A stretch of 64,000 nucleotides of DNA from Azolla caroliniana (Eukaryota; Plantae; Polypodiophyta): the NCBI GenBank assembly GCA_043228905.1, contig JBHGNT010000015.1, forward strand, positions 8,184,001-8,248,000, written 5' to 3'. The notes beneath the pieces were generated by a model that saw only the letters and a program-made list of their open reading frames with translations, made no database searches and had not been told where the DNA came from. Each line of letters starts with the position of its first letter. The stretch's first letter is position 1. Both the position numbers and the translations under genes were made by a program. Of the stretch, positions 48,484 to 60,042 are shown one piece after another.

Positions 48484-51400
48484 TCATTCCCCGCTCGTCG
48501 GTTCTTCCTCGGTTTCGGATCGTTCGTCGTCGCGGTCCAGGTCAACCGGATCCGGCTCGTCGTCGTGACGCTTCTTGAACGCTTTGATCCGCTTCCCCGC
48601 TACCGGTATCGCCATTCTCGTACCGTCGAGTTCCGCCAGATGGTACGTCCCGTTGTCGTTGGCGCTTTGTACCACGTAAGGCCCGAACCACCTTCTTGCG
48701 AACTTCCGTGTCGCTCAGTGCTGGTTGTCAAGGCTGCTGTCGTAGACTAGCACCTAGTCGCCTTCCTCGATCTTCTTCGGTCGGAGCCGGTGCGTTCGGT
48801 CGAATCGGGCTTTGTTCCTCATCCTTGCTTCCCGAAGCTTTTCTGCAGCCTGCTCCACGTCCTCCGGTCTTCGCTCGAGCTGTCGTATGCGCGCCGCCAA
48901 CAGTTCCTCCCGGCTCATCTCGTCTCTCCAGTCCACGGTTGCCCATGAGGAGATCGTACGTTCCATCGGCATGATCGGCTTTTGCCCAAACATGAGCTCT
49001 GCCGGCATGAATCCGGTTACCGAACTGTGTGTAGTTCGGTCAGCCCACAACGCGTAAGGCAGTAGCCGTGGCCAGTTCCTGACTTGCCCTCCGCATGCCC
49101 GAACTAACGCCTTGACGATCGGTCCGTGTCCGCGCTCCACCTTTCCATTTGCCTCCGGATTGTACGCAGTGGTAAGCGAGAGCTTGACCCCTAACCGGTC
49201 GAACAGCTCCTCGGCCTCTTCGGCGTCCAAATCCCCGCGATCATCCACGATCTTCCCGACGCACCCGTACCGGCATATTACGTCCTCGAGCAGGAACCGA
49301 CATACGACTGCAGTCGTTTTGTTCTGAAGGGCCCGACCTTCCACCTGGTTCGTCAGATCTTCCCGAGCCAGGACCAGATACCGCATCTGTCCTACTCCCA
49401 TTGGCATCGTTACCAGGTCTACCATCCATTTGAAGTGGATGGTCGGAGGGTACGTAGGGTGAAGTTCGTCCCGATGTCGGACTATGGAGTGCATCTGATA
49501 GCTCTCGCAAGTTGTCACGAACCGATGCACGTCCCAGTATAGTCCCGACCACCAGTACTTCCCCTTTATCTTCTCGAACGTGGCCCAGGTTCCACGGTGT
49601 CCGGCCCAAGGGCTGTCGTGGTAGGCCGTCAACAGCTCCTCCTGTTCTTCCTTCATCGCCACCACCCGGAGCGGGACGCCGTTCCTCTTCTTCGGGTGCT
49701 TCCATAAGTATCCGTCACGGAGAAAGAATCGGTAAGCTTTCTTCCGGATCCGGTTGGCCTCGTCCTTCGTCCATGACGCATCCGGCGTCATTGTCCTCAA
49801 AAATCCACCGATCTGGAGCCACTCGCCGTCGTACTTGCTCTCGTCGAAGTCGTTAAGTGCCGGAGTGCTCGTCCCATCGGTCGTCACGTACTCCGCCTCG
49901 AAGAAGTCCACGCCGACTTCTTTGTCCTCCGAAACCATGCCGCCCTCGTCATCAAACCTCGCCCTCGAAAGCATGTCGGCCATGGCGTTGTCCTTTCCGG
50001 AAATGTGTCGTATTGCCGGATCCAGGGACTTGATGTATGCTATCCACCTGAGCATTGCCAGATCCGGTGTCGCGCATCCGGAATCCATGCCGAGAATTGG
50101 CAGGCAATCCATCTCGATAATCACTTCCGTCCCGATCAGGTAGTCTTTGTCGGCCTTTACTGCCGAAACGATACCCCAGGGTTCACGTTTAACCTGGGCG
50201 TACCCTCGCTGTCGCTCGCTGAGGACCTTCGCACCGAATCGGATCGGGAACCGAATGCCGTCCTTGTCTTCTTGGTTGACGACCCATCCGATCCTGGTCG
50301 GACTCGTGTCCACCGTTATGTATACCGGGGTACCCTTCTCGTAGACAGCCTTCCGAAGCGCCGGTGCTGCCGCAAGAGCTTCCTTCAGCTTCCGAACCGA
50401 TTCTGTGTGCTCGTCTCGCCACTCGAATTTCCGCCCCTTCTTCAGCAACCCGTATAGCGGCTCTGCAATGTGGGCGTAGTGCGGGATCCATATGTGGTAG
50501 AATGCGCATGCCCCTAGGAACCTCCGAACTTCCATAACCAAGCTACAGTCGGTCTTCATCGCGGAGATGGCTTCTACCTTTGCCGGAGACGGCTTCCGGC
50601 CATATGGTCCACATAGGTGTCCGACCACCAGGATTTCTGATTGCCTGAAGGCCGATTTCTCCCCGGAGAAGGTGAGCCTCGCATCCTCTAGCCTTTGTAG
50701 CACCTTCTCGCAGTCGTCGATGTGTGCTGCCACGAATCGCCGGCATCCATCTGGTCCGAGTGTCGCGTCCTTCTCTTCCACCGGGCACCCTTTGATAGGG
50801 ATGCCGTCTAGAAACGGCATGGTGATGTCCGGGATGCAATCCCTCAGTACCTTGTTCATTGCATTCACCATGTGGGCCACCCAGTTGGTCCCTCCTTGCG
50901 GCAGGGTACACATTCGCACTAGGCCGAGGGGAGTTCGCATCGTCGTAATGTCTCTGCTCTCCACGGCTAGCTGGAACTGGTCGTACCCCGAGTACAGATC
51001 ACCGACCGAGTAAATCGACCTTCCGGCGAAGGCCTCCGCGAACTCGTCTATGGTCGGTCTGATTCCTGCGTTCCGAATGGTCACTCTGTTGACCGGCTGC
51101 AGGTCCTGAATGAAGCGCAATGTTCCGTTTTTCTTTGGTACGGTAAACCATCGGTTTGAGTATGGCGCACTCGACGGTTCGAGAATACCCATATCGACTT
51201 TCTGCCTCAGTAGCTCCATCAACTCCGGGATGTGAGCTCTTGGTACCAGAATCGGCTTGAGATTCCACGGCACATGCGGTACCGTGAATATCACCATCGG
51301 CTCCACGATTTTCGGGTTTACGCACCCGATCTCTTCCGGCGAGAATGCGAAGGCTTTTCCGTGCCTTCCGAGCATTCTCCGAAACCGGTCTTCCTCCGCC

Positions 51401-51946
51401 GGCAGTAGGAACCCGCCCCCACCGATCTTGAGCTCCCGGAGCGTCCCGTCGGTGAAGTTGTGTCCTATGCAGGCCGGATCTCGTAAACTGGGGTCCGACG
51501 CCACCCCTCTGATTCGGGAGTCGCTGCCCTCCGGCAAGGGTGCCGCGACTGGCCTTACCTTCCGGTCCACAGTCTTGTACTTCGTGCTAACTCGGGCCGT
51601 CCGATCCGACCCGAGCCCCTGACTGAAGTTCGCGATGACTTCGTACATCTCTTCGGAACATACCGGTATCATCCGGTCTTCGCTAAGGTCTTCTCCGGCT
51701 ACCTTCCTCAGCATTCCCAAGGTGTCATCGAAGGAGACCGCCTCCACGGCTCCGCTGATTTCCTTGTCCGGGCCGAGAACTCCGCACGCTCGAAGTCGCA
51801 CTTCCGCCCTTGTCTTTTCTCGGCCGACGATGCCGACTATCATACACCCTCCGTTTTGAAGAAGCAAAATTTCCTACCTATCGTACAGTCGTGGGGTCTT
51901 TTCCGAGTGTCTGGGCTGTCTCGGCCCCACGCCTTGGCAGACCTCT
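48484..51946 (-). pseudogene. pol of element B: RT-RNase H-integrase (GPY/F tail, no chromodomain)
   Basis: 1037-aa ORF 48754..51867 with FIQDLQPVN, FLDG (FLDD in sister copies), TVDTS, HRG..CES, YNPEANGKVE. The tail WFGPY follows a stop. Confidence 0.93.
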
Positions 51947-54040
51947 CTAAAAATCCTCCCGGCTCTCGCCACCGAGGGATTCGCGGTTTCTCTCGTGGTT
52001 CGGCCGCACCGTCAGAAATTCCACCGAATGGCGCCCGTCCTGGCTTTTGACCCTCGCGTAGGCCAAACTGTTGTCCAACATCTTGGTCTCCATTCTCACC
52101 GCCGTGATGTATGGTTCCCCTAATATGACCGGATGCGAGGACGTCTCCTGTACGAAGAAGTGTTGGTCAATCTCGACGTCGCCGATCTTTACTCGCACAT
52201 TCGGGCAGGCTCCGTGCAGTTCCTCGGTGGCGGGCGTCGCCGCCCGTATCTTCTACCCGTGCCTGGTGTTGATCGGCCACTTTTCCTTCTTATAGAAGTC
52301 CATGGACATTAGGTTTATTTCCGAACCGTGGTCCACCAACGCCACCACCGGTTCCTGAACATCTCCGATCTTTACCGGGGTCTCCGTGGTCGCTCGGGCC
52401 TAGTGTGGCCTCGAATAGTGGCTCTCCGCCCACTCATCTTCCAGCGCCGAGTCGTCGATGTGCGTCGTCCGCACCTCCACCGGTCTTTCCGGTTCCGTCT
52501 CCGTCGACAGTCTCTTCTGTTTCACCAAGTCTACAATGGACTCGTGGAACTCCTTCTTGGCGATCCCTAGCACCTCCCGCAATGACAGCTCCACTTTGCT
52601 GTCGAGGATCCACTCTTCTAGGACCTTTTGTAGGTCCGTAGTCCTTTCTATTTCCGTCCCCAGTCAGTACCCGCCCTTCCTGGGGTTATCTCGCGAGCCG
52701 GACCCACCGGCATCGTTCCGTCGTTGTCCGAATCGGGTCTCGTACCGTTGTGAGGGCCCGACCGCTCCAGCTTTCCCCACTCGTTTTTCTTCTACGAAGC
52801 CCGTCTTCTCCTCGACCGGATCGGTCCACCCGGTTATTTCCCGGACCCGTCTCTCAGCGCGGTCCGTTTCATCTTTCCTCAGCCGTGCGCCAGCGAGGCC
52901 TTCCAGCATTGCCGACCAGAAACCGTCTTTGCTCTCCTTTCGTGCCTCGCTGCCCCCGACCCGAATACCGGCCGACGCCGAGTAGTGGATGGCCTCCACG
53001 TGTCGGGCCGCTGCCTCTTCCATCAGTCTCTTCATACCTCCTCGCCCGTCGTTTCGGTTCAGGGCCCTCCTGGTGTCGCCAGCGTGCACCCGGCCTTCCC
53101 ACAGGTACACCACCCGGTTTCTCAACGCCTTTGCGAAATCGCCGCAGTCCTTTCGAATGTGGCCGACCTCGTCGCACCACATGCACCTGTTCCCCGCTGC
53201 CGGCCGTCGGTCACGAGCCGGTTCGCCGCCTTCCCTTCGAGTCTGGGCGATCTGGAGATCCTTTATCGCCCGCGTCAAATCCTCCAGCGCTGCTCCTCCG
53301 GACGAGCCATTGACCATGTTGGTCGAAGCCGGACTGGTTTCGAGCCATTCCCGGGTTTCTTCCCTTCGCACTTGCGGTGCCGGTTCAAGCCTCCTTGCTG
53401 TGACAAAGCCCGCACCAGCCGCCCCGTTCTCAGCCCATTCTCGCTGTTTGTCGAAACGGCCACAGACTCTCTTAACCGCAGCCCAGTCGGTTTTCAGCTC
53501 GTCTTCGGTTTCCAGCAAGGAGCCGACTTGATCCCTGTCCCGCCTGTCCACCGACTTGACGAACAGTAGGACCCAACTCCTATCTAGAACGGTTCGGTCA
53601 AGCGCGGAAAGGCGCGCAAAGCGTTCTTCGAACTCCCGGAGGAGTGCCGACGCGTTTCTTCCCTTGCCGGGGGACTCCACCCATTCCATGAAGTCTCGTT
53701 TCGAAAGCCGGAGCGCGTCGTCCAGCCCGTATTTTTCCAGGAGTCGGCCTTCGAACTCCTCCCAGGTACGGCTCTCCGCCCGCACCTCGAGCACCTCCGC
53801 ATGGATGCTTGGCATCGCCACTCGAGGAAACCCGGCAAGACGCCTCTCTTCCGGAATGTCCCGCATCAGCATTTCTGCCCCGTAGGACGCCAAATACTTC
53901 GTGGCATCCTTTCCGCTGAACCGGCCGATTGTACCGACGACCGCCTCAATGGCTCTGTTAAGGGCGCCGGAGCCCTCACGTGCGCTCAATATTCAATCCA
54001 TGGCCGAAGGCATGGCCTCCGCAAGATCCGACCCTTTCAT
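51947..54040 (-). pseudogene. gag-protease of element B, disrupted
   Basis: GRFSGKDATKYL, CMWCDEVGHIRKDC, protease region ending ESREDF*. Confidence 0.9.
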
Positions 54041-55413
54041 CTTCTACTCTTCTGCCGCCTCCTTCACGTCGGGTTCACCAAAGATGTCGAGGTATTCCTC
54101 GCGGATGCGTGGAATGAGGCGGGACCTCGGGGGTCCTGTACCGAAGAGCAAGAGAGAAAGGAGAAGAGACCCACTACGTGCGAGAGTAGATTCACAGGGA
54201 CACGGCCCTTCGACACAAAGACGCGAGTGGGACAACAACATAGAGAGACACGAATGTATGTATGTATTAACAAAGACAGACAACAAAACACGAAGTCGGT
54301 TACAACCGAACAGGCCGGCGAACAGATGCCGATACCTGTTCGTAAACGCACAGAAAGGAAATAGTAGTTTGGAGGTGCTGCCGGAAGCACTCGGGCATTC
54401 CTCAGAGCAGCGCGAGCCTCCCGAAACCTGCACAGAAGGAAGCTATGGAGTTTGCGAACCAGAGAGAGAGAGAAGCCTTCGCACACAAACCGACAGCACT
54501 TCGTCCTCGACTCTCCGCGATCCCCTCGCCCCTCCTCGTCTCCCTCCTTTTATAGGCAAGGAAGGAGCCGTTTCCCCTTTACTTCCTACCTACCGAATCT
54601 GCCTGCCTAGGATCTCCTATGTACAACATTCGGGAAGAGCCGGTTCCTACGCTCTTGTGCACCGATTCCGCTTGTGGACGGTTTTCTTCACGACAACGGA
54701 ATCCAGCCGGCATAGGGCACCGGTTCACCGACATAATGCTACGGGAGCTCAATGTTGGTGGGGGTGGCTTTCTACTGCCAGAGGAGGAGGACCAGTTTCG
54801 GAGGATGCTCGGAAGGCACAGGAAGGCCATGGCATTCTCGCTGGAGGAGATCGGGTGCATAGACCCGACAATTGTCGAGCCAATGGTGATCTTCACGGTA
54901 CCGCATGTGCCGTGGAATCTCAAGCCGATTCTGGTGCCCATAGCTCACATCCCGATGCTGATGGAGCTACTGAAGCAGAAGGTGGATATGGGCATCCTCG
55001 AACCGTTGAGTGCCCCATACTTGAATCGGTGGTTCACGGTGCCAAAGAAGAATGACACATTGCGGTTCATACAGGACCTGCAGCCGGTCAACAAGGTGAC
55101 CATCCATAACGCAGGAATTGGGCTGACCATAGACGAGTTCGCGGAGGCCTTCGCCGGGAGGTCAATCTATTCAGTCGGTGACTTATACTCAGGGTACGAC
55201 GAGTTCCAACTAGCCGTAGAGAGCAGGGACATCACGACAATGCGGACTCCTCTCGGCTTGGTGCGGATGTGTACCCTACCGCAAGGAGGAACAAATTCGG
55301 TGGCGCACATGGTGAATGCAATGAACAAGGTGTTAAGGGACTGCATCCCAGACATCATTATGTCGTTCCTCGATGACGTACCGATAAAGGGGTGTCCGGT
55401 GGAGGACGTGGAT

Positions 55414-58400
55414 TGTTATTGCTAGGGCCCGACAACAGCCTAACACAGGGTGTCCACAATGACTTACGACAGAATGACTTACGACACAATGCTTACTTAG
55501 ACCTTAATCGATTACTTAGCCATCCGTAATTAACACACATAAGATATAACAATGAATAAAGAACGGTAATCAACACTGGAAGATTAAGACAATAAGCTTT
55601 ATTAATTATCCGCTCCTGATTACATTGTAACCGGGCCTTTATATAGGTCTCCGGTGTGAAATACAAAACGGTGCCTGTCGGCACCTTTACGGAATCGTTT
55701 CGGATCCGGATCGGCATACCGATTCCGGTCCGTCCGTCCACATCTTATATAATAATATGTATATATTAAGACTACTAATTACAACAGTTCCCGAATAACT
55801 ATTCCTTTCACACTCTGGTTTGGACCTCCTTAAGCCTTCTTGCCGGCCGGTAACACATGGCACACTTGTACGTCGAACCCACTATCCGGCCCTTTTACGC
55901 TTTGTCCAAAATGTCCAGAATGCTTTGCTCCAAAATTTCCAATGGCTCGTGGGGAATCTGTTGTTGTTGCTGTGGCTACTGCTGTTGTTCCGTTTGTGGT
56001 TGTGGCTGCTGCTCCGTTTGTGGCTGTGGCTCCGTTTGTCGCTCTGGCACCGGCGTTTCCGTCGTTGGTTCCTCCGTCAGAGTTGTCAGTGGCTGACTGA
56101 CCCCGTCCTATTCCCCCTCCGGTCTTTGCACTTGCGACGGTTCCTCATCACTAAGGTTGACCATTGCCACCTTTCGCGCTTTTTCTTCCCGGAGCCGGCA
56201 CCGCTCATAGCTTTCGAACTAGATTTGAGCCTCCAGCCGATCATCGTCCAGTTGAGCTACGAGCTGTCGGACCTACACCAATTGTTCATTCGCCAGGGCT
56301 GTGAAATCTTCCGCCAGCTCATCCTTGATGGTGGTGAAGTCCTCCGAGGTCAGCTTATAGTAGTCGTCGCCCTCCTTTCGCCGGTTTTCAACGTCCGCCC
56401 TAAACAATTGGAGTTCCATCGTATTCTGCGCCCATTTTGCCCACCAACGCACAGAGTTGTCATCAATCAAGCTTTTGGTCTTAATGAGCCATGACCGGAG
56501 GATGCACTGGATCCGTTCGGCTCCCATCTGTGATTTATTTTCTGCGGCTTGTCGCTCCTCTTTCAATTGCTTGATGATCCAAACCGTGTCTGCCTCCTGC
56601 TCCCTATAATGCGACAATTGAGTTTGATAGGTTGTTTGCAACCTCTGTAGTACCATTGACGCTCTTTCCTTGTCTTCATGGTTCTGTTTGTGGAGCTCCA
56701 TCCGGTCATTCGCCGCTTCCTCCAATAGCCTGGAACTTTCCGCTCGTTCTTCAGTGAGTGCCGTTGTGGCCCTATCAACCTCTTGCCGGAGCTCGGCCAT
56801 CCATTCTTGTTGTTGCTGATGCTCCGTCTCCAGCTGCTTGTAGTCCCAATGCAGATGATCAAAATCATCGGTCTTTTGCTTCAGCCTTTGGTTGATCTGA
56901 CGGCGCGTGCGGTCCTCCCGGTCCTTCTGTTGCCGGAGCTCTTCCTTCAGCCGCTTGATTTCCGTTTCCGCCATCCATCGCAGCTTGTCTTTTTCCTATA
57001 GCACTTTCTCTTTTTCCTCCTTTAGCCGGTCGTAGGCGTGATGTCCTTTACGCAGGTTTTCCTCTGCCCGACGAAGGTTCTCAACAGTCTTTCTTAATTC
57101 TTCTTCGGCCGCCTTCTTCAAGTCGCGTTCGCGGCTCCGTAATGCTTCTTGTGCGGCAAGCTCATCTCGTAATTCTGCAAGCTTTTGGGCTTGCGCCACA
57201 TGTTTCTTTGGGACAGTTTGTGTCTCCGGGGTCTTATTCTTCTGTGCATCAACCGGAGTCACCGGTGCTTGGATCTGCGTTGCGGTTAAGGTCATTTTGG
57301 CCATATCTCCAGTGATCCGATCCAAGTCTTGTTTGAGGCACCGGATCCTTGACCGGGCCGTCTCCAGTTCATCGGTTGTGACTAGCAACCGTTCCGTTTG
57401 CGCTCTTTCCTCCGCCTCTATGCATCCGACTACTCTGGCAATTTGGTCTCCTATCCACCGGAGCCATTGGCTGCCGGTGCACTGTTGTTGCGCTTGCACG
57501 GAGAGTTGGCTGATGGGTTCACTCGCCGGTGGCTGGTCCCGCCGTTCTGCGTCAAGCTGCGCTTCTGGTTCTGCCAGCTGACCACTTTGCCATTCCGGCT
57601 CTGAGTGTGTTTCGGCTAGTCGCCCCTTGTCTACTTGTTCTTGGCCGGCTATGGCGGTTGGCCTTTGTATCTCGGCTCTTGGGTGACAGGGCTTGCCGGT
57701 GCTGCTTGTTGTACCGGGACTTCTGTGACAGGTTCCATCTGAACCGGTTCCGGTGCCTCCCTTGGCGTGGGTTGCTCAGCGTGAGTTGCGGGCGTTCCAT
57801 CCTTCTGTGGGTCCGAACGCTTCTTGGCTGATTCAGCAGTGCTCTTCACCGGCCGCCGCTGGAGGTGCTCCGTGGCTTCTTCCTCCATTTCTTCCGCTTG
57901 AGTCCCGACATTCATTCTTGCCGCCAGGGTGTCCGTTTCCTGTTGCACCGGTCGGTGGAGTGGGCTCTTCAAGGGCCGTGCCGGTGTCTCCTCACTTGCA
58001 TTTGTCGGCCGCTTCCGGCTGGCGCGCTCCTTCTCCACCTTCTCTGCTTCGGCAGTCTTCCCCTTAGTGGCCTTGGAGGCCAACAATTGTTGTCGTTTCG
58101 AAGCAGGTTTCGGGGTGCCGTCCATTGCCCTTCCCAGCTTCTTGGTTTGGACGGGCTCGACCGGTGGCGCCAACAGGGTGAGCCATTGTGTCACTGCATG
58201 CCATATTTTCCGGCCTTCCTTGCCGTCCTTTCCTCTTACTATATCAATGGTCGTACACAACCCGTCGGCGATCAGCACCGGCCAATCTACCTTGACCCCT
58301 TCGTACGTTGCGATGATCAAGCCTACTCGGTTCTGAGGCATGACGAGGGGTCGAGGGTACACGTGGCCGAACTCGTGGAGCACAAGGGCAATTTCACAGA

Positions 58401-60042
58401 ATAGCATATCTTCGCCGCCCTGTGTCCTGTAGCCCTTGCTTGCTAGTGAGTACTCACCGAAATATTTGATGAGTTGCTCGGAGGTAGGATTGTCGATCGT
58501 GTAGATACCTCCCTCCAGAAGGCCTATTAACGCACGGATCGCTTCCTACGTGATCACCTCTGTGTCGATTTCTTTTATAATCTTTTTGGCCTCCTTGTGT
58601 GGCGCCGCCTCCATGATCATTAAGAAACCCTCCAGACCGTGCTGCCGTAACCATTTCTTGGCGGCTTCAGACAACGTTTGGCAGTCCATCTCTGCGTCGA
58701 GGTCGAAGAGCGTTGGCGAGGTTTGGTGGTGGGGAGAGTGTGAGAGAGAAAGTTCTGAGGGAGGGGGTTCTCTGTGTGCGAGCTCTCTACGATTGATCTT
58801 CGCGCGTCGCTCTGCGTCTGTTCTCCTTGGTTCGCGATAGAAGAAGGTCTCGATGCGTGGGGGTTTTTCTCTGTGCATCTTGGCGCCTTTTTCGAGCCTC
58901 CGCATGTGTAGGTCGTGTACTATAATAGCATTGTGTGCCATGTGGCGGTGGTTTAATGTCCTATTCATAGCTCCTCGTATCTTTTTGACGTGCCTCTTTA
59001 CTCCTCGTGTGCATGGTCGTTTCCACCACTCCTTTCCATGATTTATTTGATTCACTCCTTTATTTTATTTATTTTATTTTTATTTTATATATTTATTTAT
59101 TTATTATTATTTATTTTTTTAACTTAGTTGTGTGGTTAGTTTTTCTCCGGTCCCGTCGAACCTTTGCCCGAAGCGTGCAACTTGTCGGCCTCTTGACGGT
59201 TTGTCGCCGTTCTGCTCTCCTCGGTTACCGGCTCATACTCCTCCTTACTAGCTTCGTGGTAGTCGTCGTCTTCACCGGTTGCCGTTATGGTTGGTCTGCC
59301 GGTGTCTGATTCGGTGGCGGCCTTTCGTTCAAATGGGTTCTTAGACATAGGTCCTTTGTATGGTTTTAGTCTAAATCCGTTGACCCATTTGCCCAACACT
59401 TCTCCGGCAAGTGTCCCCAACTGGTAGGACCCATTGAACTCGCATGTGATCCAGTATGGTCCGGTCCATCTAAACCGTAGTTTACCTGGCATTTTGCCCA
59501 TCCGGGTCTGGAACACGAGTAACGGCATGCCGGTCCCGAACATCTTTTCGTTTCCCTTCCGATGCCGATCTACAAATGCTTTCCGTCTCTGTTGTTCCAA
59601 TTCCAGGTGCATAATGCTCATCAGTCGGTGTTCTTCCAGTTCGCACAGAGCCTTTAACCGAATTGCCTCCGATTCCTTTTCGTTCAATCATTCCCGAATC
59701 TAAATCCGTAAGCTTGGTACCTGGAACTCGACCGGTATGACTGCCTCCAATCCGAATGCTAACCGGAACGGTGTTGTCCAGATGCTTGTTTTGTACGCTG
59801 ACCGGTAAGCCCAAAGCGCACTGTGCAGCTTTGTGTCCCAATCTGTCCGATTTTCATTGACGATCTTCCGGAGGATATTCTGGAGCGTTTTGTTCGTCGA
59901 CTCAGCTAACCCATTTGCTTGCGGATAGTACGGTGTGCTTCGTTTATGTACTACTACATAGAACGTCGTCAAACTTTCTACCACCTGTCCAAGAAAGTGC
60001 CCTCCTTGGTCACTTATCAACTCTATGGGGCATCCGTACCGG
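55414..60042 (-). mobile_element. 3' part of an Athila/Tat-like (non-chromovirus) gypsy: integrase C-terminus ~59136-60042, extra ORF, LTR 55414-55855
   Basis: ISDQGGHF, STPYYPQANGLAE, ALWAYRSAYKT, TPFRLAFG, GKLRFRWTGPY. The LTR matches the solo LTR at 40443. Confidence 0.88.
55895..58689 (-). pseudogene. ~930-codon accessory ORF downstream of integrase (conserved N-terminal domain, P/T/E-rich linker, long coiled coil), disrupted
   Basis: Consecutive same-strand ORF pieces 58546..59055, 57649..58407, 56996..57499 and 56273..56974. A homologous relic lies at 16916-17341. Confidence 0.78.

Larger units (their letters stand above)
47797..54695 (-). mobile_element. full-length GC-rich tRNA-Trp-primed Ty3/gypsy element B
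   Basis: LTRs 47797-48410 and 54085-54695, exact 4-bp TSD ACGG, PPT AGGTGGGGGCGGA. Confidence 0.96.
44517..55413 (+). mobile_element. GC-rich tRNA-Trp-primed Ty3/gypsy element A (5' LTR 44517-45178; gag-PR 45223-47329; RT split 47330-47796 and 54700-55413)
   Basis: TGTCG..CGACA LTR, PBS 45183-45200, CMWCDVVGHVRKEC, LVDHGSE protease, GDLYSGYD and FLDD RT. The frame rejoins across TSD ACGG. Confidence 0.92.

Noticed and set aside
55414-55855. solo LTR
   Set aside because: The flanks TGGAT and CATGG do not match and the host RT does not resume, so it belongs to the adjacent element.
55820-56494. hydrophobic LLLWLWL ORF as a transmembrane/env protein
   Set aside because: It is the antisense translation of the Gln/Pro-rich repeat at the end of the accessory ORF.
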